DNA of 18,304 nt from Candidatus Thorarchaeota archaeon (GTDB taxonomy: Archaea > Asgardarchaeota > Thorarchaeia > Thorarchaeales > Thorarchaeaceae): NCBI GenBank assembly GCA_048882485.1, contig JBHLRP010000061.1:1-18304 (forward strand), given 5' to 3'. Position numbers and translations under genes: made by a program. Numbering within the stretch: the first letter of the stretch is position 1; the number at the start of each line of letters is the position of its first letter. Of this stretch, positions 1 to 9,128 are shown piece after piece. The notes beneath the pieces were generated by a model. That model ran no database searches. It worked only from the letters and a program-made list of their open reading frames with translations, and was not told where the DNA came from.

Positions 1-740
1 GGAACGATTCTTAGGTCAATCTGCAGACCGTCTGTGGTTCGTATTGCAGACTTAGTTGGGCCATGAGCTAGGACCTCAGATACATTTTCGCTGCCAATGA
101 AGGCTGCCATAACATTAGCCCCATCGTCTGCATCCACAAGGATGTCGATATCGCCAATGGTTTCTCTTCGTCGGCGTAATGAACCAGCTATCTCAATCTG
201 CTTCACATCAGTCAGTTTACGCAAATTAGCCACAACGCCCTCTGCTGCTGACATAGCGTCGGAGAGCAATGTTCTTGACTTCCCTAATCGAGCAATTGCT
301 ATTCCCTCCTGCATATTTGCAATGGTCTTCTTGCCCATACCCTTCAGACCTTCGAGCTTGCCCTCATGGAGTGCTTTCTCGAGCGATTCAAGGTCGGTGA
401 TGCCCAGTTCCTGATATAGCAGCTTGATTGTTTTTGGACCGACATCCGGAATTGCTTCAAGCTCCCAGACTTTCACCGGTATTCGCTCCCTAAGCTCGTT
501 CAGTAATTTGATTGAGCCAGTATCAATGAAGTCCTCAATCTTCTGTGCGATTGCCTTACCCACACCCGGAATCTGCTGGAGCTCACCTCTTCCTCTGATG
601 GTTTCTATATCCTCTCCCAGTCCCGTGACAGATCTTGCCGCTCTGGCGTATGAAAGATGCTTGAACTTGTCCTCTCCTTCAATCTGTAGGAGCAGAGAAA
701 TCTCTCTGAGAGCTAGGGCCACATCTCGGTTCTTGGTCAA
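1..740 (-). CDS. polX: DNA polymerase X family protein (PolX/PHP-type), N-terminal part; runs off the window edge
   Basis: Missing from the ORF track and translated by hand from TTG at 740: MTKNRDVALALREISLLLQIEGEDKFKHLSYARAARSV...IPGVGKAIAQKI (HhH)...IPDVGPKT...LKGMGKKT...AGSLRRRRETIGDIDIL...GLQIDLRIV. It has the GSxRR and DxD catalytic motifs. SD GGAGGT lies just upstream and the TTG overlaps the upstream gene's TGA (TTGA). Confidence 0.93.
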   Translation of the reverse strand, partial: MTKNRDVALALREISLLLQIEGEDKFKHLSYARAARSVTGLGEDIETIRGRGELQQIPGVGKAIAQKIEDFIDTGSIKLLNELRERIPVKVWELEAIPDVGPKTIKLLYQELGITDLESLEKALHEGKLEGLKGMGKKTIANMQEGIAIARLGKSRTLLSDAMSAAEGVVANLRKLTDVKQIEIAGSLRRRRETIGDIDILVDADDGANVMAAFIGSENVSEVLAHGPTKSAIRTTDGLQIDLRIV

Positions 741-1765
741 GAGTATACCTCCCACTCCTTAGCCCAAGGAGCGATTGACCGAATAGAGTCTACGACCGTT
801 TGTATGTTCTCCATGGGCGTGTCTATAGTGATTACACATCCGGGGGCGACCACCAGTCGCTTTAGTCCTGCCTCTCGAACAGCCTTTAAGACCTGCGCCT
901 CAGCCTCCTCAGGGGTCCCTGTTCTGAAGATGCCATTGTGGTCAATTCCACCCATGACGGTCTTTCTTGACTTCTTCTTTCCATCAGAAAGCGTGAGGGC
1001 TGCACTCTGGTCCTCCCAATTCAACGCATCTATACCTGGTGTGGCTGCAATCTTCTCAAATCGAATCTTCTCATTCTCTTCTTTGGCGTGAAGATGCATC
1101 ACTATAAACTTGGCCTTTCCTCGGATCTTTGATATTAGTCTTGAATCAAACGGATAGACGAACTTCTTGTATTGGTCATCTGTCACTGATGCGTGTGTGG
1201 AATGCTGTGTGGCGATGAAAATCCCATCAGCCCCGGCTTCAAGGGTTGCCCTTGCGAAGTCAATCATTACATTTGCTATCATCTCAAGGACTGTCTCGAG
1301 AACATCTGGGTTTTCATCCATGTAATCTGTCAATGGCCTCTCGCTAAGCTTATCCGCCACCATTGAAGGGTCGAATACAGTTGCCATGGTGGGGACCTTG
1401 TCCTGTGCATATCTCTGTATCAGTTCAATCGCATGGACCTGTTGCCCGAACTCACCACTGTTGACATCGAGTGGTTCCAAGACCTCCCAGTCGCTGGCCT
1501 CCTGAATCACACATCTTTCACAGGTGGTAGAACCCGAGATTGCACCGTCATAGACTGCTTCGCATCCCCAGTCAACCACTGGATATCTTCCATGAAATGA
1601 AACCTTTAGGAGGTCATGGTTGAACTTCTTGTGGAATGCAATCTCCTCTGTTGAAAGCCCCTCAGGTGTCCGGTCTTTCTCCGGGTGATGTTTCCAGATT
1701 GAGATTGGTATGGTCTCCCCTAGGTTTCCAAGAAGTGTTTGTTTGAGAAGATTGAACTTGGACAT
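737..1765 (-). CDS. Uroporphyrinogen decarboxylase-like (URO-D/CIMS-like TIM barrel) protein, not canonical HemE
   Basis: Motifs EAGADGIF, MHLHA, VMGGID and LVVAPGCVI...TPMENI. It lacks the HemE MRQAGR motif. Start placed at ATG 1765 (MSKFNLL, 342 aa) rather than the track's 1873. Confidence 0.8.
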   Translation of the reverse strand: MSKFNLLKQTLLGNLGETIPISIWKHHPEKDRTPEGLSTEEIAFHKKFNHDLLKVSFHGRYPVVDWGCEAVYDGAISGSTTCERCVIQEASDWEVLEPLDVNSGEFGQQVHAIELIQRYAQDKVPTMATVFDPSMVADKLSERPLTDYMDENPDVLETVLEMIANVMIDFARATLEAGADGIFIATQHSTHASVTDDQYKKFVYPFDSRLISKIRGKAKFIVMHLHAKEENEKIRFEKIAATPGIDALNWEDQSAALTLSDGKKKSRKTVMGGIDHNGIFRTGTPEEAEAQVLKAVREAGLKRLVVAPGCVITIDTPMENIQTVVDSIRSIAPWAKEWEVYS

Positions 1766-1936
1766 GAATAGCACTTCACGAGTCTTGGGATAATGAGCGT
1801 TTCGAAGTGGTGTCTGGTTCATTATAGCTAGAAGAAGGACCCACCAAAAGTAATTGAAACCCAACGTTGGCACACCAGAAATAATATCAACTAAATATCC
1901 AGTCCTGACACTCCACTCAATGATGGAGGAGAAGGT

Positions 1937-3124
1937 TTGTCCAACTTAACAGCTGTGTTCAGTCCCGAAGAACTGCTCAAGATGGACGGGATTGACGAGC
2001 TGGACACCATGAGGATAGAACCGAACCCGTTCTGGAACAGACCCCGGCTTGATATAACTTGGAGTTTGCCAGTCATGTCAGGGCTGATTAAGAGTGACAG
2101 GATTTCCTTGCATCAGATGAGGCTAGCCACTCGCGAGGAGCTGGGGCTCTATCATGACCCCTCATACATCGAAACTCTGGAGCTGTTCGGCAACATGGGG
2201 TCTGCATTTTCCTCGCGTTTCGGCCTTGACACAGATGAGTGTCCAGTGTTCCATCAGGTGGATAAATACGCAAGCTATCCGGTAGGTGCAACTATTGATG
2301 CAGTTATGGGCGTCGCTGATGGAAAATTCGAAGACGCGATGTCAATCATCGGCGGGTTTCACCACGCCTATAGCTCGAATGCCGGAGGATTCTGCTATCT
2401 AAATGACACAGTGGTAGCAATCAAGAAGTTTCAAGAGAAGTATCCCGGCAAGAAGGTGTTGTACTTGGACACCGATGTCCATCATGGTGACGCAACACAA
2501 GAAGCATTCTATCATGATCCTACGGTACTGACTATCTCAACTCACGAACTGAGCATGGGCTTCTATCCTGGGACTGGGCGACCAGAAGAGATTGGAATTG
2601 GTGAAGGAAAGGGTTACTCTGTGAACATTCCATTGCCTCCGCTCACTGACGATTTCGAATATTGGAAGGCCTTTGAAGAACTCGTTGTACCCATATGGCT
2701 GGCTTACAAGCCCGACTTGGTGTTTTGGAATGCTGGTGCAGATGCTCACATGGATGATCCGCTCTCAGACCTCCTTCTGAATCTTGACACATATCATCGC
2801 TTATCGAAGACTGTACGCCAACTGGCGCATCTAGGAAACAAGAAACTGGTCATTGTAGGCGGCGGCGGATATCATCCGGTCACTGCTGCACGAGTCTGGA
2901 CCGTGCTTCTTGCAGACCTAGCTGACATCGCACTACCGCCCTTGGTTCCAGCAGAATGGATAGAGCTATGCCACAAACATGGCTTCGAGGTGAAACGAGG
3001 AGGATGGACTGACCGGCCTCAGAGAATGTATGCAGAGCATGAATCAAAGGTGAGGAGAGCAGTGGATGAAACCATCGAAAAGGTGAAGGAACTCATTTTT
3101 CCGACTTTTGGATTGGAGAAGTGA
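1937..3124 (+). CDS. Histone deacetylase family protein, class I/AcuC-like
   Basis: Motifs GGFHHA, GFCYLND, LDTDVHHGD, YPGTG, VNIPLP, GADAH..DPL and GGGGY. TTG start preceded by GGAGGAG. Confidence 0.93.
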   Translation: MSNLTAVFSPEELLKMDGIDELDTMRIEPNPFWNRPRLDITWSLPVMSGLIKSDRISLHQMRLATREELGLYHDPSYIETLELFGNMGSAFSSRFGLDTDECPVFHQVDKYASYPVGATIDAVMGVADGKFEDAMSIIGGFHHAYSSNAGGFCYLNDTVVAIKKFQEKYPGKKVLYLDTDVHHGDATQEAFYHDPTVLTISTHELSMGFYPGTGRPEEIGIGEGKGYSVNIPLPPLTDDFEYWKAFEELVVPIWLAYKPDLVFWNAGADAHMDDPLSDLLLNLDTYHRLSKTVRQLAHLGNKKLVIVGGGGYHPVTAARVWTVLLADLADIALPPLVPAEWIELCHKHGFEVKRGGWTDRPQRMYAEHESKVRRAVDETIEKVKELIFPTFGLEK

Positions 3125-3129
3125 ATTAG

Positions 3130-3759
3130 CTACTTCTTGAAACCAAGAACGCATCTGTGTCTTGTTTCATCAATTTGAATGCCTTTAATGTCGAAATTCG
3201 AGAGGACCTCGTAGATCTCCTCTTCGGTAAAGTAATGATGTGGTATCCCAGCTTCTGGGCCACGTTGAGGGATATAGGTCCCTGGTTCAATCTCTTCTAG
3301 TTTCCAATCTTTGTCCCCCTCGCTTGGAACCTCGGAGAATATTGGAAAAGAAGCAAAGAGGACACCACCAGAGCGGAGGACCCGCTCAATCTCACCGACT
3401 GTGAAAAGAATCTCGCGCATTCGATTGTGATGAATCACCTGTGTTGATACTACGGCGTCGAAGAACGAGTCCTCATATGGAAATCTTTCCTCCATCTGAT
3501 GCCTAATTATTGTTGCTTGAAGGCCCTCTTCTTGAAGCCATTTCTGGGCAAGGGAGAGGGCACTCCGAGATACATCAAACCCATAGGTATCAAAGCCGTT
3601 CTTAGAAAGAAAGACTAGGTGACGACCAGACCCACATCCGACATCTAAGACCCTCTTCACGTGATGTTCCTGAAAGACCTGGACAACTCTCTCCATGTCT
3701 TGATGGGGCTCTGTAAACACCCTCCCCTTTTCCTCGAAGATGTCTTCCCACTCAGGCAT
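3130..3759 (-). CDS. Class I SAM-dependent methyltransferase
   Basis: VLDVGCGSGRH motif I, GFDVS, FDAVVSTQVIHH and RVLRSGG. Confidence 0.92.
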   Translation of the reverse strand: MPEWEDIFEEKGRVFTEPHQDMERVVQVFQEHHVKRVLDVGCGSGRHLVFLSKNGFDTYGFDVSRSALSLAQKWLQEEGLQATIIRHQMEERFPYEDSFFDAVVSTQVIHHNRMREILFTVGEIERVLRSGGVLFASFPIFSEVPSEGDKDWKLEEIEPGTYIPQRGPEAGIPHHYFTEEEIYEVLSNFDIKGIQIDETRHRCVLGFKK

Positions 3760-3834
3760 ACTTGACTAGAGTAATCACAGGAGATAAATCTCAGGGAAAC
3801 CCGATTCAATAAAACCCGTAGAGGATATTCGATT

Positions 3835-5529
3835 ATGTCAAAACTCAGACCCAGATATCTCGTTTTGATTGTGAGCATTCTAATCATGCTTTCAGGCGTT
3901 GCACTGGCTGCCAGTGTTCAAAGTGGATTTGGAACAGTCTATGTGACTGAAGTTGATTTCCAAACCTCAGATGGTTCTTGGATTCATAGCACACTACAAC
4001 GACCAGTTTACGCTACAGACACAAATCAACTGCCTGGTGTGGTAGTGATACACGGCGTGATTCAATGCAAAGAATGGCTCATGGCATTTGGAATAGAGCT
4101 ATCAAGACGAGGGTTTGTAGTTTTGACGATTGATGCGAATTCTCATGGCAACTCAGATCCGGGGACTGGAAGTGGAGCTGCCGCTTTAGACTATCTTGCA
4201 GGTCTTGACTACGTAGACATTTCCGCGATGGGTCTAGTTGGACATAGCATGGGGGGTGGAATTGCCTGGAGTGCTATTGAAGAATCATCTGTCATTGTTG
4301 ATGCTCTTGTGTTGGTAGGAAGCGGGCTCAATCGGAGCGAAGTGCCCTATGTCCCAAATACCCTACTAGCCATAGGAGAGTTTGATGCTCTCTCTCCTTA
4401 CCCCCATAATCTAACAATACTGGAGGAATTCTTTGGAGTCACAGGAATTGAGGCAGGTGTCACTTACGGCAGTTTTAACGACAATACCGCACGCAGAATT
4501 GCCCTTGCTCGGACGAACCATCTCTTCGAAACCATAGACCCCCTAATAGTGTCTGAGAGCGTTGAATGGATGAAAGATGGACTCAAAGATGGATTAGAGG
4601 ACTCTCACTGGGTTGCATCTGGGGACCAAATCTATTCTCTCTGGCTTACTGGTGGATTCATTGGGCTGCTTGGACTAGTTCTCACTCAATTCCCTCTACT
4701 GGCGATTCTGATTGGTCTTTCGCCTTTTCGCGAGCTTAGAGGGACTTCCTCAAATAGACGGACAATAGATAATCGAGCGTTCCTAGGACTGGGAATTATA
4801 TACGCAGCAATAGGACTGGGGGCATTCTATCCTTTGCTCGGCCTAGGCCTGTTTCTGCCATTCCCGCAGTCATATGGAGACTCAATATCATTATGGATTC
4901 TAGGCAGTGGTCTACTTTCTTTCTTGATCTTGAAGCTGATAAGACGGAAGCGCCCACAGATGATATCAGAAATTGGACTGGCAGGCAATAATGCTCCTAG
5001 ATATTTAGCCATGACCTTTCTCTTGGCAACTGTCTTGGCAGCTTGGATGTATGTCTGGACGCTTCTTGTTGATTTGGGACTCGCCCTCGATTTCCGCTGT
5101 TTCCTTCCCGGATTCAATGATCTGACTGTAGCACGCGCCATCATGGTCCCAATCTATATCATCCCATTTCTTGTATACTTCTATGTCGAAAGCACATGGT
5201 TTGTCGGGGCAATGCGAACCAAGGCTAGAGAAACATGGATAGGAACGCAAATTCATTGGACGCTGAATGCGATTCTCATCAAATGCGGCCCCTATTTCAT
5301 TCTCCTAGTGTTGCAATATGGCTACGGTATGATTACGGGACTTCCGCTCCTGCCAGGTCTGTTTGGCTTTTCATTCCTGTTCTTCTATGCCTTTGCTCCT
5401 TGGTTTGTCATTTCAACAATAATGATTCTTTGGAGTCATCATTTGACCGGTCAGCACTGGCTTGGAGCCATTGTAAATGCTGTATTCTTCAGTTGGGTTC
5501 TAGCCTCAATGCTACCAATTGCATTCTAA
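3835..5529 (+). CDS. Alpha/beta-hydrolase with N-terminal anchor and multi-TM C-terminal domain
   Basis: VVIHG oxyanion motif, GHSMGG nucleophile elbow, candidate catalytic Asp (GEFD) and His (TNHLFE). The C-terminal ~300 aa contain about 8 hydrophobic segments. Confidence 0.87.
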   Translation: MSKLRPRYLVLIVSILIMLSGVALAASVQSGFGTVYVTEVDFQTSDGSWIHSTLQRPVYATDTNQLPGVVVIHGVIQCKEWLMAFGIELSRRGFVVLTIDANSHGNSDPGTGSGAAALDYLAGLDYVDISAMGLVGHSMGGGIAWSAIEESSVIVDALVLVGSGLNRSEVPYVPNTLLAIGEFDALSPYPHNLTILEEFFGVTGIEAGVTYGSFNDNTARRIALARTNHLFETIDPLIVSESVEWMKDGLKDGLEDSHWVASGDQIYSLWLTGGFIGLLGLVLTQFPLLAILIGLSPFRELRGTSSNRRTIDNRAFLGLGIIYAAIGLGAFYPLLGLGLFLPFPQSYGDSISLWILGSGLLSFLILKLIRRKRPQMISEIGLAGNNAPRYLAMTFLLATVLAAWMYVWTLLVDLGLALDFRCFLPGFNDLTVARAIMVPIYIIPFLVYFYVESTWFVGAMRTKARETWIGTQIHWTLNAILIKCGPYFILLVLQYGYGMITGLPLLPGLFGFSFLFFYAFAPWFVISTIMILWSHHLTGQHWLGAIVNAVFFSWVLASMLPIAF

Positions 5530-5569
5530 AAGGGAGACCACATGAATCATCAAAGTGAGAGAATGACCA

Positions 5570-5696
5570 TCTTCAGATGCTATGTTGTATAATGAGTGAA
5601 AAGTCACTCAGGCACCAGTGCCTTTCTCATCTAGCCCAGCACATTCGTGGAAAGCCCTCTCTTCAGAGAGCTCTGTTGTATCTGGTGAGAAGTCGC
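5570..5696. repeat. Imperfect ~38-nt direct repeat (2 copies, 90-nt period) with hairpins, in a convergent intergenic region
   Basis: 5570-5607 TCTTCAGATGCTATGTTGTATAATGAGTGAAAAGTCAC vs 5660-5696 TCTTCAGAGAGCTCTGTTGTATCTGGTGAGAAGTCGC; 31 of 39 columns identical by manual alignment. Confidence 0.5.
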
Positions 5697-5725
5697 GTAT
5701 AATTTAGACCGATTACGACTCTGAA

Positions 5726-6013
5726 TCAGTGACCTGTTTGCATCTCGTAGAGGGTCTTTCCAGGTACCACCTTGATTGCCTGTTCAGGGCAGACTTCTGT
5801 GCACTTCATGCAGCCAGTGCACTTCGATAGCCAAATCGCATCAATCCGCCATATCTCAGGATTATGTGGATCTGGGTGGTCATCCTCAAGCGTTGGATGC
5901 ATCAAAAAGACGGAGGGGTCACATATGTAGAGACATTTCCTACATTCGCGTGGATCAGTACTAGCTCCGGTATGACACTTTGTGTAGTCTACTGTAATCT
6001 TTGTCTTCCCCAT
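5726..6013 (-). CDS. 4Fe-4S dicluster ferredoxin-like protein
   Basis: C-x10-CRKCLYIC and CTGCMKCTEVCP motifs. SD GGGGTGAT lies upstream, 15 nt after the preceding gene's stop. Confidence 0.88.
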   Translation of the reverse strand: MGKTKITVDYTKCHTGASTDPRECRKCLYICDPSVFLMHPTLEDDHPDPHNPEIWRIDAIWLSKCTGCMKCTEVCPEQAIKVVPGKTLYEMQTGH

Positions 6014-6028
6014 CTCATATCACCCCTT

Positions 6029-6898
6029 TCAATACTTCCCTGCCTGTCCAGGTACTGACTCGCGTGGTACAAGATTCAGGGCATCATGCTTGCAGGCATG
6101 CCTACAAACACCGCACCCAAAGCACTTGTCGAGATCCACTATGACCTTCTTAATAGACGGCAAATAACGGAGGGCATTGAACTGACACATCTTGACGCAA
6201 GATTGGCAACCCTGACAGTAGTCTCTGTCAATGTTGATGAGGTACTCACCCTTGTATACTGTTTCAAGATTGAAGTCGTTTCTTAGACGCAGCCCGCCAC
6301 ACTCAGGAGTTTCACAGGAACAGATGGCATTGATGTATGGAACAGGCTGGAACCACACAGATGCAACGTAGCCTTTCTCATTCTGTTCTTGGAGGGCCTG
6401 AATTGCCTCCTCACGGTCTAGTCTATATTTCACATTCTCAGGAATGTAGCGCGTATGCTTCTCAATAACCCCAGAAAGCTGACCGAAGTTGATGCAAACG
6501 GCATCCTTCACTCCTCTCTGCATCCATCGACATACGCAGTAGTTCTTGATTATCGGCTCAGCCGCAAGATTTCCCATTATGTGTTGAGCATCCTCCAACG
6601 GAATGACTTGACCAAAGTGGCCATCAGCTCGTACTGGATTTCGATTCTTGCTCTCGCTGTGAATCTGCCTCTCCACAGCCCACCTAATCACTCGACCGAT
6701 GATTGGCATCTGCATCTTGTAACCAAGGCCGATTGAATTGAAACCAAGGATCTTGCGAATGAACAGGGTTTCCATATTCTTCCACTGCTCCTCGAGGTAT
6801 TCTCTGGCATTGTACTCATCAGCTAATTCATTGGAATATAGTCTGGCATTTTCGTACCACTTGCCGCCATCACCGTGTTTGAAGCACCATTTGCACAA
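6029..6898 (-). CDS. 4Fe-4S binding protein with Cys-rich N-terminal region
   Basis: C-terminal CQGCQSCVKMC and CFGCGVCRHAC, plus CKWC, CVC and CSCxxxxC. Start placed at TTG 6898 (MCKWCFKHG) behind SD GGTGAT; GTG 6913 is the alternative. Confidence 0.87.
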   Translation of the reverse strand: MCKWCFKHGDGGKWYENARLYSNELADEYNAREYLEEQWKNMETLFIRKILGFNSIGLGYKMQMPIIGRVIRWAVERQIHSESKNRNPVRADGHFGQVIPLEDAQHIMGNLAAEPIIKNYCVCRWMQRGVKDAVCINFGQLSGVIEKHTRYIPENVKYRLDREEAIQALQEQNEKGYVASVWFQPVPYINAICSCETPECGGLRLRNDFNLETVYKGEYLINIDRDYCQGCQSCVKMCQFNALRYLPSIKKVIVDLDKCFGCGVCRHACKHDALNLVPRESVPGQAGKY

Positions 6899-6968
6899 AC
6901 GTATCACCGTCACCCTGCAGAGTGAACTTCTGGCTAGTAGCTCGAGTATTTAAGAGTCCTGAGAGGCA

Positions 6969-7601
6969 TTACGGGCTAAGTCGGGTTTCTTTGGTGTCCT
7001 TTGGAGGCTTCTTTGGCCGCTGTGTCAGTGATGACAAAATACTCTCCCTATCCTGCCTCCTCAGCTGAGTTCTTGCTAGCCACTGCTCGAACTCATTAGC
7101 GTTTTGAACCCCACCCTCTGTCACAGCTCTGTAGATAAGACTACTGAGACCATCCTGAAGAAGATCACGAATGTGATAATGGCGTTTAATGTTGAGAATT
7201 ACCTCACGCATTTCTTCATCGAGAGATTTCTCCAACTCATCGATCATAGCGAAGCCGGTAGTACTCACATCTGTCGTCAGCCAGATGTCAATGCTCCAAG
7301 GTCCTGATTCACCCTGGTATTCTTCAATTCCTACCTTCAGCGATGCCCTTTCACGATAGTCCTTCACACTTACTTCATCAACACCTTCTGCCTTGAGCAG
7401 GACAGCCATAAGGTGTTGCGCCATGTCCATTGTATCGCGGAGTAGAACTAGAGCATGGATATCGATGTCCCTCTTGACAATGAGATCCAGTGCAACACTT
7501 CCCACTATTCGAGCATAACCATAAGCATTGAGCAGACCCATTATATCTAGGTCTTCAATAATTTCTTCGGCCTCAATGCGTAGTCTGCTCTTCTCAGTCA
7601 T
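6969..7601 (-). CDS. Hypothetical protein, putative Pol-beta-superfamily nucleotidyltransferase
   Basis: hGS-x9-DxD signature (IVGSVALDLIVKRDIDI) and a third Asp candidate (WSIDIW). SD AGGTGA upstream. Confidence 0.62.
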   Translation of the reverse strand: MTEKSRLRIEAEEIIEDLDIMGLLNAYGYARIVGSVALDLIVKRDIDIHALVLLRDTMDMAQHLMAVLLKAEGVDEVSVKDYRERASLKVGIEEYQGESGPWSIDIWLTTDVSTTGFAMIDELEKSLDEEMREVILNIKRHYHIRDLLQDGLSSLIYRAVTEGGVQNANEFEQWLARTQLRRQDRESILSSLTQRPKKPPKDTKETRLSP

Positions 7602-7692
7602 GATTTCACCTGAGGTTATTTTGAACTATGTTGTCAAGAGAGTTCAGAACATGTGGGGTATATGAGGTGATTTCATACAGACTATTTGAGCA

Positions 7693-8532
7693 TCAAAGGC
7701 CCAGAAGAGTTTCAGCAACATCCCAGAGTTTCTTTTGCGCAGACTCATCGTAAGACTCCTCCGATGAGAGTCTTTCCTGACTCTTGGCAAAACATCGCCC
7801 AGTGACGCTTTCAAGCTCGGGAGATGTAGCCACATAGACTGAGGTTTCAGCACCCTTCCGTGCATTGATTTGAAACGGCCGTACAAGCTTGAACATGATT
7901 CTGTTACGCAGACCACCCATGTTAGCACCAAGATTGGTGGCCACAAAGCCCGGGAGAACCACATTCGCTGTAACTCCTGTCCCTTCTAGACGCCTCGCAA
8001 GTTCGTAGGTATACATGAGAATCATTAGCTTGGTACTCTCATATACACGCATCCCCTTGTAGTTGCGTTCGCTCTGAATATCGTCAAAGTCAATCTTTGC
8101 TCTCGCATGAAGACCGGATGAGAGGTTAATTACTCTAGATGGGGCACTGCGCTTTAAGAGCGGCAGCAACTCTCTGGTCAGAAGAAAGGGGCCAAGATAG
8201 TTGACTGCTAATGACCGCTCAAAGCCATCCTCCGTGACTTGGCGTTCATGACATGCAGCCCCTGCATTGTTGATCAGTACATCCAATCGATTATACTTGG
8301 CGGAGAATTCCTCCACAAATTGTCGAATGGACTTTGTAGATGAGAGATCACATAGCATTAGGTCGACTGTGTCTTTTCCAGTCCGTTTGATGATCTCAGC
8401 CTGTGCTTCTTCGCCTCGTTGTGGATCGCGAACAGCCATTACAACTGTAGCACCCATCCCTGCCAGAGCGAGGGCAGTTTCTTTTCCGATTCCCGAGTTA
8501 CTACCAGTCACAATACAGACTTTGCCTATCAT
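7693..8532 (-). CDS. SDR family oxidoreductase (retinol dehydrogenase/WWOX-like classical SDR)
   Basis: TGSNSGIG, LDVLINNAG, VNYLGPFLLT, catalytic YESTK (YxxxK) and PGFVAT. Confidence 0.94.
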   Translation of the reverse strand: MIGKVCIVTGSNSGIGKETALALAGMGATVVMAVRDPQRGEEAQAEIIKRTGKDTVDLMLCDLSSTKSIRQFVEEFSAKYNRLDVLINNAGAACHERQVTEDGFERSLAVNYLGPFLLTRELLPLLKRSAPSRVINLSSGLHARAKIDFDDIQSERNYKGMRVYESTKLMILMYTYELARRLEGTGVTANVVLPGFVATNLGANMGGLRNRIMFKLVRPFQINARKGAETSVYVATSPELESVTGRCFAKSQERLSSEESYDESAQKKLWDVAETLLGL

Positions 8533-8590
8533 TCCTCACATCCTCAAGAAGGGGAGTTTCTTTAATCAGCTGTATCGGTTCAAGTTCAGG

Positions 8591-9043
8591 CTAATATGTG
8601 ATACCATGCTCTACATAGAACTTGAGCAACGTAATTGCTTCTCCCCATCCCGCAGCGCATTCAGCCAATGCAGCTCTGCTGGTTGGAGTGTCCTCATGAC
8701 CGTACTCCCGGAGGCGTACAACAGTTCCTTCGTCAACCGATTCAAAGTCTATCTCAATAGTAGTTGCTAGCTTGGGATTTCCATGGTCGGGATTCCACTG
8801 GAATACGAACCGTTTTCCACGTTCAGCCTCCAAAACTGGCCCATCTGATTCAGTAGTGTACTTGTCAGGCCCCCAATCTTTCCAGACGAATTTGATTCTC
8901 CCGCCTGGACGAGCATCGACAAAGGAACCTGAAGTGAACCAGGCGTCTAGGCCTTCCCCAGTTGCTATGGCATCATATACCTTCTCCGGACTCGCTCGAA
9001 TGAGCGTGACCTGCTTTATCTCAACATCAAGCGGCTTTGTCAT
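8591..9043 (-). CDS. SRPBCC (AHSA1/START-like) domain protein
   Basis: IRASPEKVYDAI...LDAWF...DARPGG, RFVFQW, GTVVRLRE and GWGEAITLLKFYVE pattern. SD AGGAG upstream. Confidence 0.9.
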   Translation of the reverse strand: MTKPLDVEIKQVTLIRASPEKVYDAIATGEGLDAWFTSGSFVDARPGGRIKFVWKDWGPDKYTTESDGPVLEAERGKRFVFQWNPDHGNPKLATTIEIDFESVDEGTVVRLREYGHEDTPTSRAALAECAAGWGEAITLLKFYVEHGITY

Positions 9044-9056
9044 TACAACAACTCCT

Positions 9057-9070
9057 TTAACTATTGTTAA
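9057..9070. promoter_or_regulatory. Putative operator TTAAC-N4-GTTAA, copy 1 (upstream of SRPBCC gene)
   Basis: TTAACTATTGTTAA is a dyad directly 5' of the SD. Its 12-bp core recurs at 14605 and 18288. Confidence 0.6.
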
Positions 9071-9128
9071 TGGGGTTTAGTAATAACACTTCCTCTGTAG
9101 CTAAGCAGAATGAGGGGCCGCAATGGAT

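Noticed and set aside
97-1091. Plus-strand ORFs 97..414, 424..762 and 804..1091
   Set aside because: They are antisense shadows of polX and the URO-D-like gene and have no motifs.
1766-1873. 36-aa N-terminal extension of the URO-D-like ORF
   Set aside because: It runs through the divergent promoter region, and ATG 1765 gives a typical family length.
5570-5696. Mini CRISPR array, SECIS element or hammerhead ribozyme
   Set aside because: There are only two degenerate copies and no cas genes. I could not build an AUGA/GA core, and no neighbouring gene has an in-frame UGA at a Cys position. Minus-strand CUGAAGA is followed by GAAU rather than GAAA, with poor stems.
5542-5702. Tiny plus-strand ORFs (16 aa and 36 aa) after the hydrolase
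   Set aside because: They have no recognisable composition or motif, overlap the repeat and hairpin region, and lack support beyond a weak SD for the first.
8267-9080. Plus-strand ORFs 8267..8770 and 8772..9080, and similar short track ORFs nested in larger genes
   Set aside because: They are antisense or out-of-frame shadows of confidently identified genes.
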